Shown: one piece after another, positions 36,217 through 47,739 of the stretch | How the letters are laid out: the number at the start of each line of letters is the position of its first letter | Position numbering within the stretch: position 1 is the first letter of the stretch | Assembly: GCA_003427395.1 (NCBI GenBank) | Contig: BFEA01000030.1 | Span: 2,639,299-2,687,037, forward strand | DNA length: 47,739 bases | Direction: 5' to 3' | Source: Chara braunii | Lineage: Eukaryota; Plantae; Charophyceae | Program-made: the position numbers and the translations under genes | Notes under the pieces: model-generated | What the model saw: the letters and a program-made list of their open reading frames with translations, nothing else | What the model was told of the DNA's origin: nothing | Databases searched by the model: none

Positions 36217-36290
36217 CTGTGCACCCCCTTAATTTTTAAATTTTAAGAAATAAACAAGCGTGAAAACCAAGCACACAAAAAAAGACTGAC
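36217..36290 (-). other. Putative spliceosomal intron (74 nt) in the 5' leader
   Basis: Minus strand CAG|GTCAGT ... T-rich body ... GCACAG|, an AT-rich island within GC-rich sequence. Confidence 0.6.
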
Positions 36291-36630
36291 CTGTTTTATC
36301 CTTCGAAGGCCGAAAGTGGGAGCCGAGATCGCGAGCGGGCCGGGGCGGACCTGCAAAAGCCAAGGAGACGAGCCCAACACCCAAAGCCCCTCGCACCCGA
36401 CAAGCCCAACAACACCCCCCCCCCCAATAAAACCCTCGCCGATGCCGCTTGAGAAGAACCGTGATCACCGCGTAGAACCCGATGAAGACTACCCTGAAGC
36501 CGTGTGCCGAAGGACTCGATGCCGAAAAAAATTGCAGAATACCCTAGACTCTCCGTACCGCTACTTGTCACGCTGGTCCTCCCGTTACACCGGGTCCTTT
36601 GAATCGGCCGCGGCCACGGGAGAAATGCTC

Positions 36631-36649
36631 ATCCCCAGCAACGGCGCCA
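36631..36649 (-). promoter_or_regulatory. Primer binding site for tRNA-Asp
   Basis: Minus strand TGGCGCCGTTGCTGGGGAT, 3 nt from the LTR end. It complements the plant tRNA-Asp(GUC) 3' end (..ATCCCCGGCAACGGCGCCA, recalled) with one mismatch. Confidence 0.88.
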
Positions 36650-36652
36650 CTT

Positions 36653-36708
<56 letters not shown>

Positions 36709-39700
36709 CCCCCCCTCCCACGCTCCCTGTCTCGTAGGACCATCCGGGAATGCCAGCCGTCCGGAGGTCGATCGTGCGGCCCCGAGAAGGCCCTCGTCGG
36801 CTGCCAGGTCCCTACCCTTTGCCCGGTGGTCCCCGCGGACACCTCCTCCTCCTTCTTGCACCCCCCCCTTTTTCTTGCCTCTCACAGCCTGTGCTTCAGA
36901 CAAGCGTCCCTACGAAGACTTCAGGCGAAAGTTCAGGCGCGACCAGGATGGCAGCTATTGCCGAGCATGCCGTTCTCTTGCCGACCGATACACGTGTGAG
37001 CACGACCCATGTCGGAGCCTTAGAGCGATTTTTCGAAATCCGAGCCCTACCATGACCGTACCAGAAAGGGGATACTAAGAGAGGTCTATGAGAACGAGAA
37101 CACGAACGAGACCCTTGCTACGAGAACTCCGTCGCACCGAGCTCGGATGCGAGCCCGAGGCCGGAAAGCGGAGGGACACAAGTCCACAAAATCGACTGCT
37201 CAGTGGTGCCCAACTCGAAATCGATCCCGAACCAGGAGGGACAAGTGCTTGTCTCGACCGTTTTTTAAGGCGAGTCCCAAACCCCGTGAGTTTACGAGGG
37301 CTCGTAGACAGTTTCTTCAAGATCAATTGACAGACTTGGATCCGTGAGCGCGGGCACACGATGTGGCAGAGCTCACAGGCAAGCACAATCACAACAATCC
37401 CGTAGACAATCCCAAGCCCGAACGCAGCGGATTCGCTAGAGCTTCGGCACAAGATGTGCGGTTCCCTCCTTCGTGAGGATAATTCCGTGCTCGAGCGCAT
37501 TCAGTTCGCAATGGATCAGACAAAGAGCACACAGTACCATCCAGCACGATGACTCTCTCGAACCCACAAAATGTCTCGAGAACTCAAACGCGAGCTACCC
37601 AGCTTCGTCGAGCACCAAGGAGATACCGGACCCGAATACGACAGGTTTTCAGGAGTTCGGTCACGAGTCACCCAGTTCCGTCAAGCACTGAGACAATCCA
37701 GTCCGCGAGAGGTCAGAAAACGAGTCGCACTCTTTCGCAAGCAAAATATCGTTCTCACCAGTTAGCGAGACCTCAAACGCGGGTCATCCGCGTTAGCAAG
37801 CGCAAAGGCCTTTCTTCGTACTTGAATAAGCTCGCAAGAGCTTCCGACACAAGTCACTCCGTATTCGTCAAGCATAGAGACCCTCTTGTACCCACAGAAA
37901 TTAGTTAGAGCCCGGACATGAGTCACACCCCTTCGTCAAGCATCAAGGCATCCAAGTACCCGAATAAGTTCACAAGATTTCAGACAAGAGTCACTAATTT
38001 TTGTCAAACAAAAAGACATTCCCGCACTCGAATAAATTCATAAGAGCCCGGCACGAGCTGCTCAGATCCGAAGAAAAAAAAACTCGCGAGAACTCGGACG
38101 CCGGTCGCATGGTTTTGTCCTTCGTAAGGACAATTCCGTACTCGATCGCATTCCTTTCGCGATAGCTCAGGCCCTAGCCCCACAGCCCGGTCCAGCGCAA
38201 AGACTTTCTCGGACCCGCCCTAGATCTCACTGCAAGAGCTCTGAAGCAAGCTGCCCAGTTTCGTTGAGCACAAGTTCCGCCAAGCATACATTCGCGAGAG
38301 CTCAGAAACGAGTCACACAGGTTCGCAAGCAAAAGAACGAGTCACACCGCATTGCAAGCGAAAGAGCGAGTCCCACCGTCTAGCCAAGCAAAGGAACTAG
38401 TCACACCGTCTCGGTAAGCAAAGGAACGAGCTACATTGTTTCGCAAGCAGAAGAACGAGTCACGCTGTCTCGACATGCAAAAGAACGAGTCACACTGTCT
38501 CGGCAAGCAAAAGGACGAGCTACATTGTCTCGACAAGCAAAAGGACGAGCTACACCGTATCGCAAGCAAAGGAGCGAGTCACGCCGTCTGGACATGCAAA
38601 AGAATGGGTCTCGCCGTCTCGGAAAGCAGAAGGGCATATTCGCGCCGTATCGACGAGCACTAAGACATTCTTGTACTCGAATAAGCTCGCTAGAGCTCGG
38701 ACACGAGCCACACAATCCCTTCACGGTCAGAGGCGATCTCGAGCCTGTAGGGACGGATACGAGGCCGTGGCCGAGCTCTTAGGCAGGCCTTGCCTTGTAA
38801 GGTGACGCCGCAAATCTTTTTTTGTTCTGGATGAAAAAGGCGGGCTCGAAGCCGCAAGCTCTCAAAGACCGAACCAATCTCCCCCTGTGATTACCTCGTC
38901 ACTTCTTCTCCCTCCCCATCTCTTCCTCTCTCCCTCTCGGCGTGGTTGGAGACGAAGCTCGAATCGGTCGCTAATCCTTCCCCTGCGTTCCCCTGTCCTC
39001 TCCCTCTCGCCCCCTCTATCTCCTCCTTTCTCTCTCTCTCTCTCTCTCGACGGCTAGCGGTTTATAGTCGGAGCGAGGGCGGAACGCCGCTCCCTTGTTC
39101 TCTCCCCCCCCCCCCCTTGTGCCCTCGCGCACGTCCTTTCTCTTTCAGTGTCCGGCCCTTCTCCACGTGCAGTCGAGGGCAGAGACTCAGGCTACGACCT
39201 CGTGCTCCCTATCTCTCTCTCTCTCTCTCTCAGCGGCTAACGCTTCTCCGTGCGCTGTTGGAAACGAAGCCCAGTTTCGTTGCCAACTCCACTCACCTCT
39301 TCCCGCTCGGCGCCCTCCTCCGTCTCAGCCCGGCGCCGGACCTCTGCGTTCGTCACAAGTGTACGTAAAGGGAAAGTCCCCTTCGACGGGCGCAACAGCC
39401 TCTTCCTCGAGCGCCGACCGCCCGAGCATCTTCTCACGCGCCCCCCCCCTTTTCTCACCCCCTCTTCTTTATATAGTTTTTCAGCGCTCCTCCCGATCCT
39501 GTCGCCCCCTCTTCTCCTTCGGCTCTCACTTCTCCTTTCCCGCCGACTTTTTTGCCAAATTTTCATCTTTGTGGCCATCCTGCTTCAATCTCCCGCCCAC
39601 CTTTTCGGTNCGCGCACGTCCTTTCTCTTTCAGTGTCCGACCCTTCTCCACGTGCAGTCGAGGGCGGAGACTCAGGCTACGACCTCGTGCTCCCTATCTC

Positions 39701-42072
39701 TCTCTTTCTCTCTCAGCGGCTAACGCTTCTCCGTGCGCTGTTGGAAACGAAGCCCAGTTTCGTTGCCAACTCCACTCACCTCTCCCCGCTCGGCGCCCTC
39801 CTCCGTCTCAGCCCGGCGCCGGACCTCTGCGTTCGTCACAAGCGTACGTAAAGGGAAAGTCCCCTTCGACGGGCGCAACAGCCTCTTCCTCGAGCGCCGA
39901 CCGCCCGAGCATCTTATCACGCGCCCCCCCCCTTTTCTCACCCCCCTCTTCTTTATATAGTTTTTCAGCGCTCCTCCCGATCCTGTCGCCCCCTTCTTTT
40001 CCTTCGGCTCTCACTTCTCCTTTCCCGCCGACTTTTTTGCCAAATTTTCATCTTTGTGGCCATCCTGCTTCAATCTCCCGCCCACCTTTTCGGTTCTCTT
40101 TCCCTCTTTTTGAGGTTAGACTCCGCGGCTTNGTGATCTCACCTTCCTCTTCCTTGCCCAATCATCGCGATTCCTCCGCCGNCTGAGGATCCATCTCGGC
40201 CCTCGCACCTTNTTTCTTTCCATTTTTACCCGCCTCGTAGTGCTCTCCCGCCGCCGAACCCCGCNCNTTCGTCTCNCCTCTATTCNTGCTTGCTTTAATG
40301 CGTCCTCCTGTCCTTGGTGTCGCCGAAACCCGACTCTTCTCCGTTCGCCTTCCTATCTCTTCCTCCCGTTTGACAGCACCCTCCCACCCCAGGTGCTCGC
40401 GAATCCCAGGACCGCCCATTGGCCCTTCTTCCCAGCTTCCATCCGCCGTAGAGTGTCTGGACTTGGCCAGGTACCTGGGCTTTTGCGCTTAGTACATCCT
40501 TTCTGATCTTCACGACGGTTTTCAAGAACCGCCTTTTGGTGACCTCTTTTGATGACGGTTGCTCTTCCCTGTCCGACTTTTCCCCTGTCTCTCTAGTTAG
40601 CGGCAGTCTCGCCCGAATTCGAACCCCTCACCCCTTCTTCGGTCTGATTCACCTGCGCGGCCTTCTCGGCTTCCGGACATTCCCGGTCTTCAGTCAGTCG
40701 GGTATGTCGGCCGGTTAACACCCGGCCTACGTAGGCTACTTCGCGTGATTGCTTAAGAGTAGGCGGCCGAGCCCGAAACTTTTACCAATACTTCAGTTTC
40801 CCGCCTGATCGGCACCATCACTCCCTCGATGCTTTTACTCTCTCCCTTCCTCCAATCCCGCTTCCCACTCCTTTCGTCGACGGATCTATGGGTCCTGCCC
40901 CCCCCCCCCGAGTTGGCTGGTCTTTCCTGCCTAACAGTTTCCCCGCGCGGCCTGCCCCTCTTAAAAACGTTTTTGATCATGTCGGCTGGTGGAATCTTTT
41001 GCCACGGTGTCCGGCAGATGGCCGCAAGCGAGCGGTTTAGATCTTAGCCTTGTCCCAATGCCGGCGCCTGTCTTTGGATGAGGTCGTGCGCACGCTCTCA
41101 AAGGTCATCGCCCCGTGCCCCGGCTCAGCCCCAACCCCCCCCTTTTCCGCAAGTTGCCCACCTGCAGCGCAAAACCCCATCTCATCGATGCCGCCAGGAT
41201 CTGCTCGCCCCTTCCTTTCCCCAGTGGCAACCGGAGGTCACAATCCTGCAGCTGATCCTCCCTCTGACCCTCCTTCTCAGACGCGCACGACCTTCCTCAA
41301 GAAAGCAACTGTCGCGTCATTTGTCCCAATGCCAAGCCATCGTCTTGATGCCATCTAGTTTCAAGGCTGGCCATGACCTGCCCGGGACCCACGCCACCCG
41401 GAGATCATACTTCCACGTGCACCTCCCTCATATCCCCTCGCAACCGTCGTTCACAGTCAATGTTTGGCCCGGAACTGACTCCCCCATTGCATGGTCCTCC
41501 ATGTCTCCGGCCGAAGTTCAATCATCCTTTCTTGCCTCTTGGGAATGGCCCCGGAGAAAAACTCGTTTCTTCTGCCCGCACGACCTCGCTTTTGGGGCTG
41601 AGCGTCGGTGGCTTCTACTAGCGAATTGCATACGTATATGTGGTCCCCAGGGGACTCGTCCGCGGCCATCGGTTGCTCTTGCCCTGTGCAGCCTCCATTC
41701 GAACGTCACGACTTGCTGCAGAGCCCCAAAAGTCGGGTCGAGCGGGACCTGAGTAATTCGACGGGCGCCCGTGGTCAATCCGGAGCCTCCACAGGCCCGC
41801 CCCAAAGTCTGACAGCTACCCCCGAATCCTCGTGTATGGCGTCAAACCCTTGACTTCTGAGGATCCGCGCCAGCCAGCTTGCGACCATGGTACGTACTGC
41901 TATTCCTGCTCATCGAAGCGTTAGTACGAAGAACCGGATGCTCGAGGGCATCCATAAACATCATATCCAAATGCATGCATACATCAAAACCACGCAAAAT
42001 CAGAAAAAAGGGAAACATATGTTTCTTATTTCAAAGAGAACAAGCCCTCGGCTGGTAGGCAGCCGCCCGACA
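36653..42072 (-). repeat. 5' LTR (~5.4 kb, including a probable ~485-bp assembly duplication)
   Basis: Direct repeat of 16186-21124, reading TG...CA on the minus strand, next to the PBS. Confidence 0.93.
39467..39476 (-). promoter_or_regulatory. Candidate LTR TATA box (duplicated at 39951-39960)
   Basis: Minus strand CTATATAAAG, followed downstream by (GA)n tracts. The matching site in the 3' LTR is masked by Ns. Confidence 0.5.
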
Positions 42073-45000
42073 ACGGTACTGGACCTGCAACCGACGGGTC
42101 TGGGGTTCGAGGCCAGCGAGCGATTAAGGAGCGAAGGAGCACTACCGACGGCGACAGAGGGGTCGAAGGTCTTAAGGGACCATTCCCCTTGGTTTTGTCG
42201 AATGGGCCCAAGCCAGGGTTCGACTGGCGAGACTAAGAGGACGCCGCCAGATCCTCGTCCTCTTCAAGCCTCTGCTCTTATTTTGTTGATTTATTTTTAT
42301 TTTTATTGATTTATTTTTATTTTTCTTAAGGTCCCGGCTGTTGACCGGGCTGGAAACCGGCTCTGGGACCGACGACGAAGGAGTACCGCGAGGGAGGATG
42401 AAAAGAACTTCGAAAGAAAATTAAAGAATGCTTGAAATTGCTGATCGTGGGGCGGAAGGAGGCAAGTTGTGCACCCTCACCTGAACGAGGGCGGACGGCA
42501 ACTCTGTCGCCACCTTTGTTGTCCTTGAACAAAGGGATGAGCGTTAGTAAATGCAGCCGTGACCAGCATTACAATAGGGAGTTAACCCCGCAGGTGGTCG
42601 ACACGGCAGTCGAGGACCATGAGCGTGCGCCTCTTTCGGCGGGCCCGTTCGGGTTCCTCCGGCATTGCGGTGGGGAGCGATTGAAACCCCCCACGAGTGG
42701 CCGTCTCGACAGTAGATGACGTTGAGCACGAGCCTCTTGTTAGGCAAGCCGTAGGGGGTTTGCGTATCCGGGATGCTGGCAAAAATCCCCTATCCTGGCC
42801 GTCTTGATACACGGACTATGGGGTTTGACGTGCATGTGAGCCAGCGGGTGCTTAGCCCACCAAACGGAGGAAGCCCGAGTAACCAAATTCCCCCTGCAGC
42901 CTGCAGGCGCATCGTCTTCCAGCCACGATCTGCTGAGGATGGGTTTTAATGTGAGCACGCCCATTGTGGCCCAAAGGATGGTGAGCTATGACTGGGCAGG
43001 GGATAGCCAGGCGGCACCCTGCCAAGGGCTCGCAGCAAGATTGACATACAGGCCGTACTCACACCGGGACTTTTCTGGATGTATTTGACTGCAATTACAA
43101 ACGGAGCTTGGCCTAGAAGGTCCTAGTGTGAGTATGCCCTGTGTGAAATGCAGAGCCACGGAGTAGCAAGTTTTCCCCCAGCAGGCCATTTGTTGGACAC
43201 TGGTAAAGGGACAAGAAGTTAATGGAACCAGCCAGCAGCTGGTTCCGCTCGTAGTGGCCCACAACAGAACTCACGTGCAAGACGTTCGTCCAACTTTGGT
43301 ATAGGGGCGAAGGACTATTGAGCCTGCTGGTAGCCGGTTCCCTTTGAAGTTGCCCTCAGAGTGGCTGGAACAGTCGGGCTGCGCTGTGTCTTCGCTGCGC
43401 TAAGTATTAGCGGTACAAAAAACAAAAAAAAAGAGGCATCGGGAAGATCCAGGAAGGAGATGAGAGAGAAGAGAAGAAAAAGGGTAGGTAAGGAGGGCGA
43501 CAGAGGGAGGAATAAGATTGATAAGAGAAGTGGGCGATAAAGCAGCGGCGAAGGCGAGTGAGGGGAGAGATAGAGAAGGCAAAGGGAGGTGCGTGAACCC
43601 GGTCGGAATTAGCACTGGACACGGGATAGAGGTGGAAAATGGGTATGGCGGTAGGGAAGGAAGCATAACTTACCCGTTTTCTGACGGACAAAGCCAAGAA
43701 GAAGGTGAGAACTAAGGTTTTGGGAGAGGGCGAACCCGAATCTGCAGTAGGATTAGGCAAAGAAGTAGTATAGGAGGAGTTAGAAGAGGAGGAGTGTGCG
43801 CGGAGGAGACGAGGAGGAAAGAAAAGAGGAAAAAGCGAGAGTAAAAGTGATGTATCTCGGTCATTCCTCGACCATTTTAGATGATTTAAGAGGCGAAGTG
43901 GGGGTTTTCGGGTGCTGCGAGCTAAGAGGTGCTGTTGGTTTTTGCTATGGGAGACTGGTTTGGCCGGTATGGATAACGGGAACTCCGCGAAAGGTAAGTT
44001 CCCCTCGGTAGGAAGTGCTGGTTTCCCGTCGTTTCCGGGGTAGGAACGGGTAAGAAAAAGTTTGAGGGCAAGGATTGGGAATGTTGCGACCCCGAATTTG
44101 TGTTTAGATTGGGCAGGAGAATTACTCGCCAGTATCAGGCCTGTAGACGCTTGTTGGGCCATGGTTATTGGGAACTGAGCGAACCTGGTCAGAAGCCTGG
44201 CCAAGTGCATCAAAAAAAAAAAAAAAAAAAAAACTGAAGGAGAAGACTTACCTATCTCGGGCAGTTTCGTACAGGGGAAGTTCAGATGTCTTATACTTGT
44301 TCTGAACCCATGACGAGGACGGATTTGAGGTGCAAGGATGAGGCTTTGGGATTGGTCATGTTCATCTTCAAGGTCGATACTTGCCTTGCTCATCTCAACC
44401 CGACACTGCCTTCTCATCTTGATCGCAGACGCCGGGCTCTGATCCTTCATGGGGATGATCAACTCAAAGCCTCCCCTATGATTTATGACCTTCGCACTAT
44501 TAGTAGTCTACTGCACTTCCGGAGGCCACAACCGTCATACACGTTCTCATCACATTGCTGATAACGCAGACAGATTGAACCTGGGGTAGGCCCTGAGCCA
44601 GGTACATGAATATATGCATCCACACACACACGTACACAGAGAGAGAAAAGAAAGAGAGAGAGAGAGTAGAGAAGCGGAGGAGCTGCTGCAGTTGGCCCCA
44701 AAGTACTGGTGCTGTTTCCTTTCCAAGGCTGCTGAGACTACTGTTCATATCCAGATTGGAAGACACAGCTATGGTGCGGCTTTGATCCCTTGCCGGAGTG
44801 CAGCTGCGCTATTCTGGGCGAGGTCATCTTCTTCTTCGAAACCCAGCCATGGCTGGGGCTGGGAAGAAACGTTGAAGACTGCACAGCTGCTGTTTCACAG
44901 CTTTGCATAAGAGCTTCGACAGGACTGTGTTGTTGGGTTTGGGCACTGCCACTTTCCACTTGGCAGCCATATCTGCAGTTCCTCCACATGAGGAACTCCA

Positions 45001-45751
45001 TCTGCATCAAAGTATTGGGTCTGTTGTCTCCTTCTTCATCAGGGCTTCCAGCACTGTATGGCCATGCGGGTGCTGAGTTGGCGTTGTTATTATTAAAGAT
45101 GCTGGTTCAGATTGGCACGTGGTAATGGCTGTGGGGTTACTGCTGCTACACACCCATAGCCTGGGATCTGAGGTGGCGAGGAGGAAGAAGAAGACTCCTG
45201 TATATTTCTTTGAACACTGGGTTCTGGCTGTTCGGGGCTGTCATGAATGCGGTTGTGATTCTTGGGACAAGTATCTGAATTGATTGGAGGAGGGCGAGGC
45301 ATTGCAGAATTGAAATTCGTTTGTCAATTCTCTATGTGTTTTGAGCTTCCACTGAGCATATCTTCTCTCCGGTTTTTGTGTGGATTTGCCTCCTTCGAGT
45401 CTACTCTGCAGTTGCAAGCGCGTATGGGAAAGTGTGATTTCGTTGTGGATTAAAGTTCAATCCGGTACATAACACTTGACCTGTAGTTTACTTGGAGGCT
45501 GCTTGACCACCGACTTACCGTTGCCCAAGGGCGACATGCCTCGAATACGACTGGGACAAGCCTTTAAACTACTTTAGCTGTTGGGATGTTGCAACATTTC
45601 CTTCTCACCACTTGTGCCACTGCTGAAGCCAAGTGTATTACCGTGACCTCAAGTTTGGCAACTACCGCAATACAGTGGGGACTGCCAAAGCAGTGCATTC
45701 CGGCAATGTTGCACGTCTCCTTGGCAGGTAGTTACTATGGCGAGAAAGGTT

Positions 45752-46702
45752 GGAGTCTTACCTGTTGGGCTGTGAACTGCTCACACAGGCGAATGGGCAG
45801 CAACAGTCAGCAGCGAACTGAGACTTACTTATTGGGATGTGAACTGCTCACACAGGCGAAAAGGCAGCAACAGTCAGCAGCGAACTGAGACTTACTTATT
45901 GGGCTGTGAGCTGCTCACACAGTCGGAGGGGCAGCAACAGTCAGCAGCAAACTGAGTCTTACCTGTTGGGCTGTGAGCTGCTCACACAGGCGAAAGGGCA
46001 GCAACAGTCAGCAGCAAACTGAGTCTTACCTGTTGGACTGTGTATTACTCACACGGTCGAAGGGAGCAGCGACGGTCCAGCAGCGGACTGTTGACTTACC
46101 TGTTGACTGTGCATTTGCTCGCACAGTCTGAGGAAGTGTCCTGAGGCCAGCAGCGGACTGTTGACTTACNNNNNNNNNNNNNNNNNNNNNNNNNNNNNNN
46201 NNNNNNNNNNNNNNNNNNNNNNNNNNNNNNNNNNNNNNNNNNNNNNNNNNNNNNNNNNNNNNNNNNNNNNNNNNNNNNNNNNNNNNNNNNNNNNNNNNNN
46301 NNNNNNNNNNNNNNNNNNNNNNNNNNNNNNNNNNNNNNNNNNNNNNNNNNNNNNNNNNNNNNNNNNNNNNNNNNNNNNNNNNNNNNNNNNNNNNNNNNNN
46401 NNNNNNNNNNNNNNTGTTGACTGTGCATTTGCTCGCACAGTCTGAGGAAGTGTCCTGAGGCCAGCAGCGGACTGTTGACTTACCTGTTGATTGTGCATTT
46501 GCTCGCACAGTCCGAGGAAGTAGCTTGAGAACAGTAGCGGCGTACTGAAGACTCAACTCATGAGTGGTGCGCTGCACATCCGATAGGAGGGAAGGCTGCA
46601 ACAAACCAGCGGTGGACGGGAGACTTACCTGTCGGACTGTGCGTTATTCACACAATCGAAGGAAAGCTGCAGCAGGCCAGCAACCGACAGTCAACTTACC
46701 TG
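45752..46702. repeat. Minisatellite with 67-70-bp unit
   Basis: cttac(c/t) recurs at 45757, 45824, 45891, 45958, 46025, 46095, 46165, ~46478, 46624 and 46695. There is an N-gap inside. Confidence 0.92.
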
Positions 46703-46705
46703 GTG

Positions 46706-47047
46706 GACCTCCAGCCCCATTTCAATGTCTTAAGCAAACAGCAAAGCGACCGGATCAGTCTAGAGGACCTCATCTTCAGCCCCATTTCAATGTCTTAGGC
46801 AATCAGCAAAGCGAACGGATCAGTCTGGAGGACCTCATCTCCAGCCCCATTTCAATGTCTTAAGCAAACGGCAAAGCGACCGGATCAGTCTGGAGGACCT
46901 GATATCCAGCCCCATTTCAATGTCTTAAGCAAACGGCAAAGCGACCGGATCAGCCTTGAGGACCTCATCTCCAGCCCCATTTCAATGTCTTAGGCAAACA
47001 GCAAAGCGACCAGATCAGTCTGAAGGACCTCATCTCCAGCCCCATTC
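46706..47047 (+). repeat. Tandem array, 65-bp unit, 5+ copies
   Basis: cagccccatt at 46712, 46777, 46842, 46907, 46972 and 47037. Confidence 0.95.
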
Positions 47048-47621
47048 AGATCATCGCGTGCAAACATCGTGATTTTTACCACAGACAGATGAATTGACAT
47101 GCATAGTAAATTACCATTTCTGGTTTAGTTGAAGTCCTGAAAAAGAAAACAAGCATATACACAAGTCCAAGTCAGACAGATCAAACACCAGATTTGTATA
47201 AATAGAGGTTTATTGGGATAGCTAAAGGTATCGTGTCGGCCTACCTCTGAGTTCCCTGCCTCCAGAGTCCCGCCTGGGCTCCGGCAGAGCTCCCGTAATC
47301 GGTGGGTCAACTTCCCACAAAGGCCTTGATGCAGTCCTACGGGTTGCACTCCCGCCTGCCGCCTTCCTCTCCGAACACAGACTAGACTTGAGAGGAAGAA
47401 GGAAAGAAGAAGAGAGATTAGACGTTCGAGGTACGAGAAGGGGCCAACTCAACTCACACGAGAGGGCCTTGGTGCCTTCAGATCCTGAGGGCCCCGCAAT
47501 GGCGGCCAAAACGCAGCGTTAAAAGAAACGTGTCGCAGTCGCCATATCGAGCTCCAGCTTACAAAAATCCAACAGTCCGTTGATGTCCACGCGGCACGTG
47601 CCACTTCCTTAGATTGTACAA

Positions 47622-47739
47622 CTGATCCAATCGCTTTGCTGATTGCCTAAGACATTGAAATGGGGCTGGAGATGAGGTCCTCCTGACCGATCCGGTCGCT
47701 TTGCTGCTTGCGTAAGACATTGAAATGGGGCTGGAGATG
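47622..47739 (-). repeat. Inverted copies of the 65-bp unit, running off the window
   Basis: taagacattgaaatggggctggagatg is the reverse complement of the unit at 46706-47047. Confidence 0.92.

Larger units (their letters stand above)
16186..42072 (-). mobile_element. Giant (~25.9 kb) Ty3/Gypsy LTR retrotransposon, structurally complete but decayed
   Basis: Ends TGTCG/CGACA; ACGG at 16182-16185 and 42073-42076; ~5-kb direct terminal repeats; PBS; domain order gag-PR-RT-RH-IN on the minus strand. Confidence 0.95.

Noticed and set aside
36631-36649. tRNA-Asp gene
   Set aside because: Only the 3'-terminal 19 nt including CCA are present, next to the LTR, so it is a PBS.
39126-40092. ~485-bp tandem duplication inside the 5' LTR
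   Set aside because: The two copies are joined at a single N (39610) and the duplication is absent from the 3' LTR, so it is probably a contig-overlap artefact.
43407-44462. 351-aa minus-strand ORF
   Set aside because: It reads through a poly(A) run and the antisense of purine-rich DNA, and has no recognisable motif.
45752-47047. Possible CRISPR array
   Set aside because: The units are full tandem repeats without unique spacers, there are no cas genes, and the context is eukaryotic.

Overview
Repeat-dense eukaryotic DNA with no intact host gene that I can support. The tRNA-Asp primer site and the element types suggest a green-plant or streptophyte-alga genome (inference). The main feature is a ~25.9-kb Ty3/Gypsy LTR retrotransposon on the minus strand (16186-42072). 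It has TGTCG...CGACA ends, a 4-bp ACGG target duplication, ~5-kb LTRs, a tRNA-Asp PBS and a decayed gag-PR-RT-RH-IN. Between the PBS and gag lies ~6.7 kb holding about 11 same-strand ORFs of unknown function. They are packed like an operon, with three ATGA stop/start overlaps and the other junctions either short overlaps or gaps of 4-19 nt (one ~30-nt gap follows a decayed frame). Most fall into paralogue groups, and two short GT-AG introns lie near the 5' end. This cassette is the best candidate for an undescribed system. A TIR element with an 8-bp TSD interrupts gag. The left part of the window holds nested L1/Tx1-like LINE remnants, MITEs, a PIF/Harbinger-type element and short poly(A)-tailed retroposed ends sharing a stem-loop. 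The right end holds 67-70-bp and 65-bp tandem arrays, the latter in inverted arrangement. Several N-gaps limit certainty.
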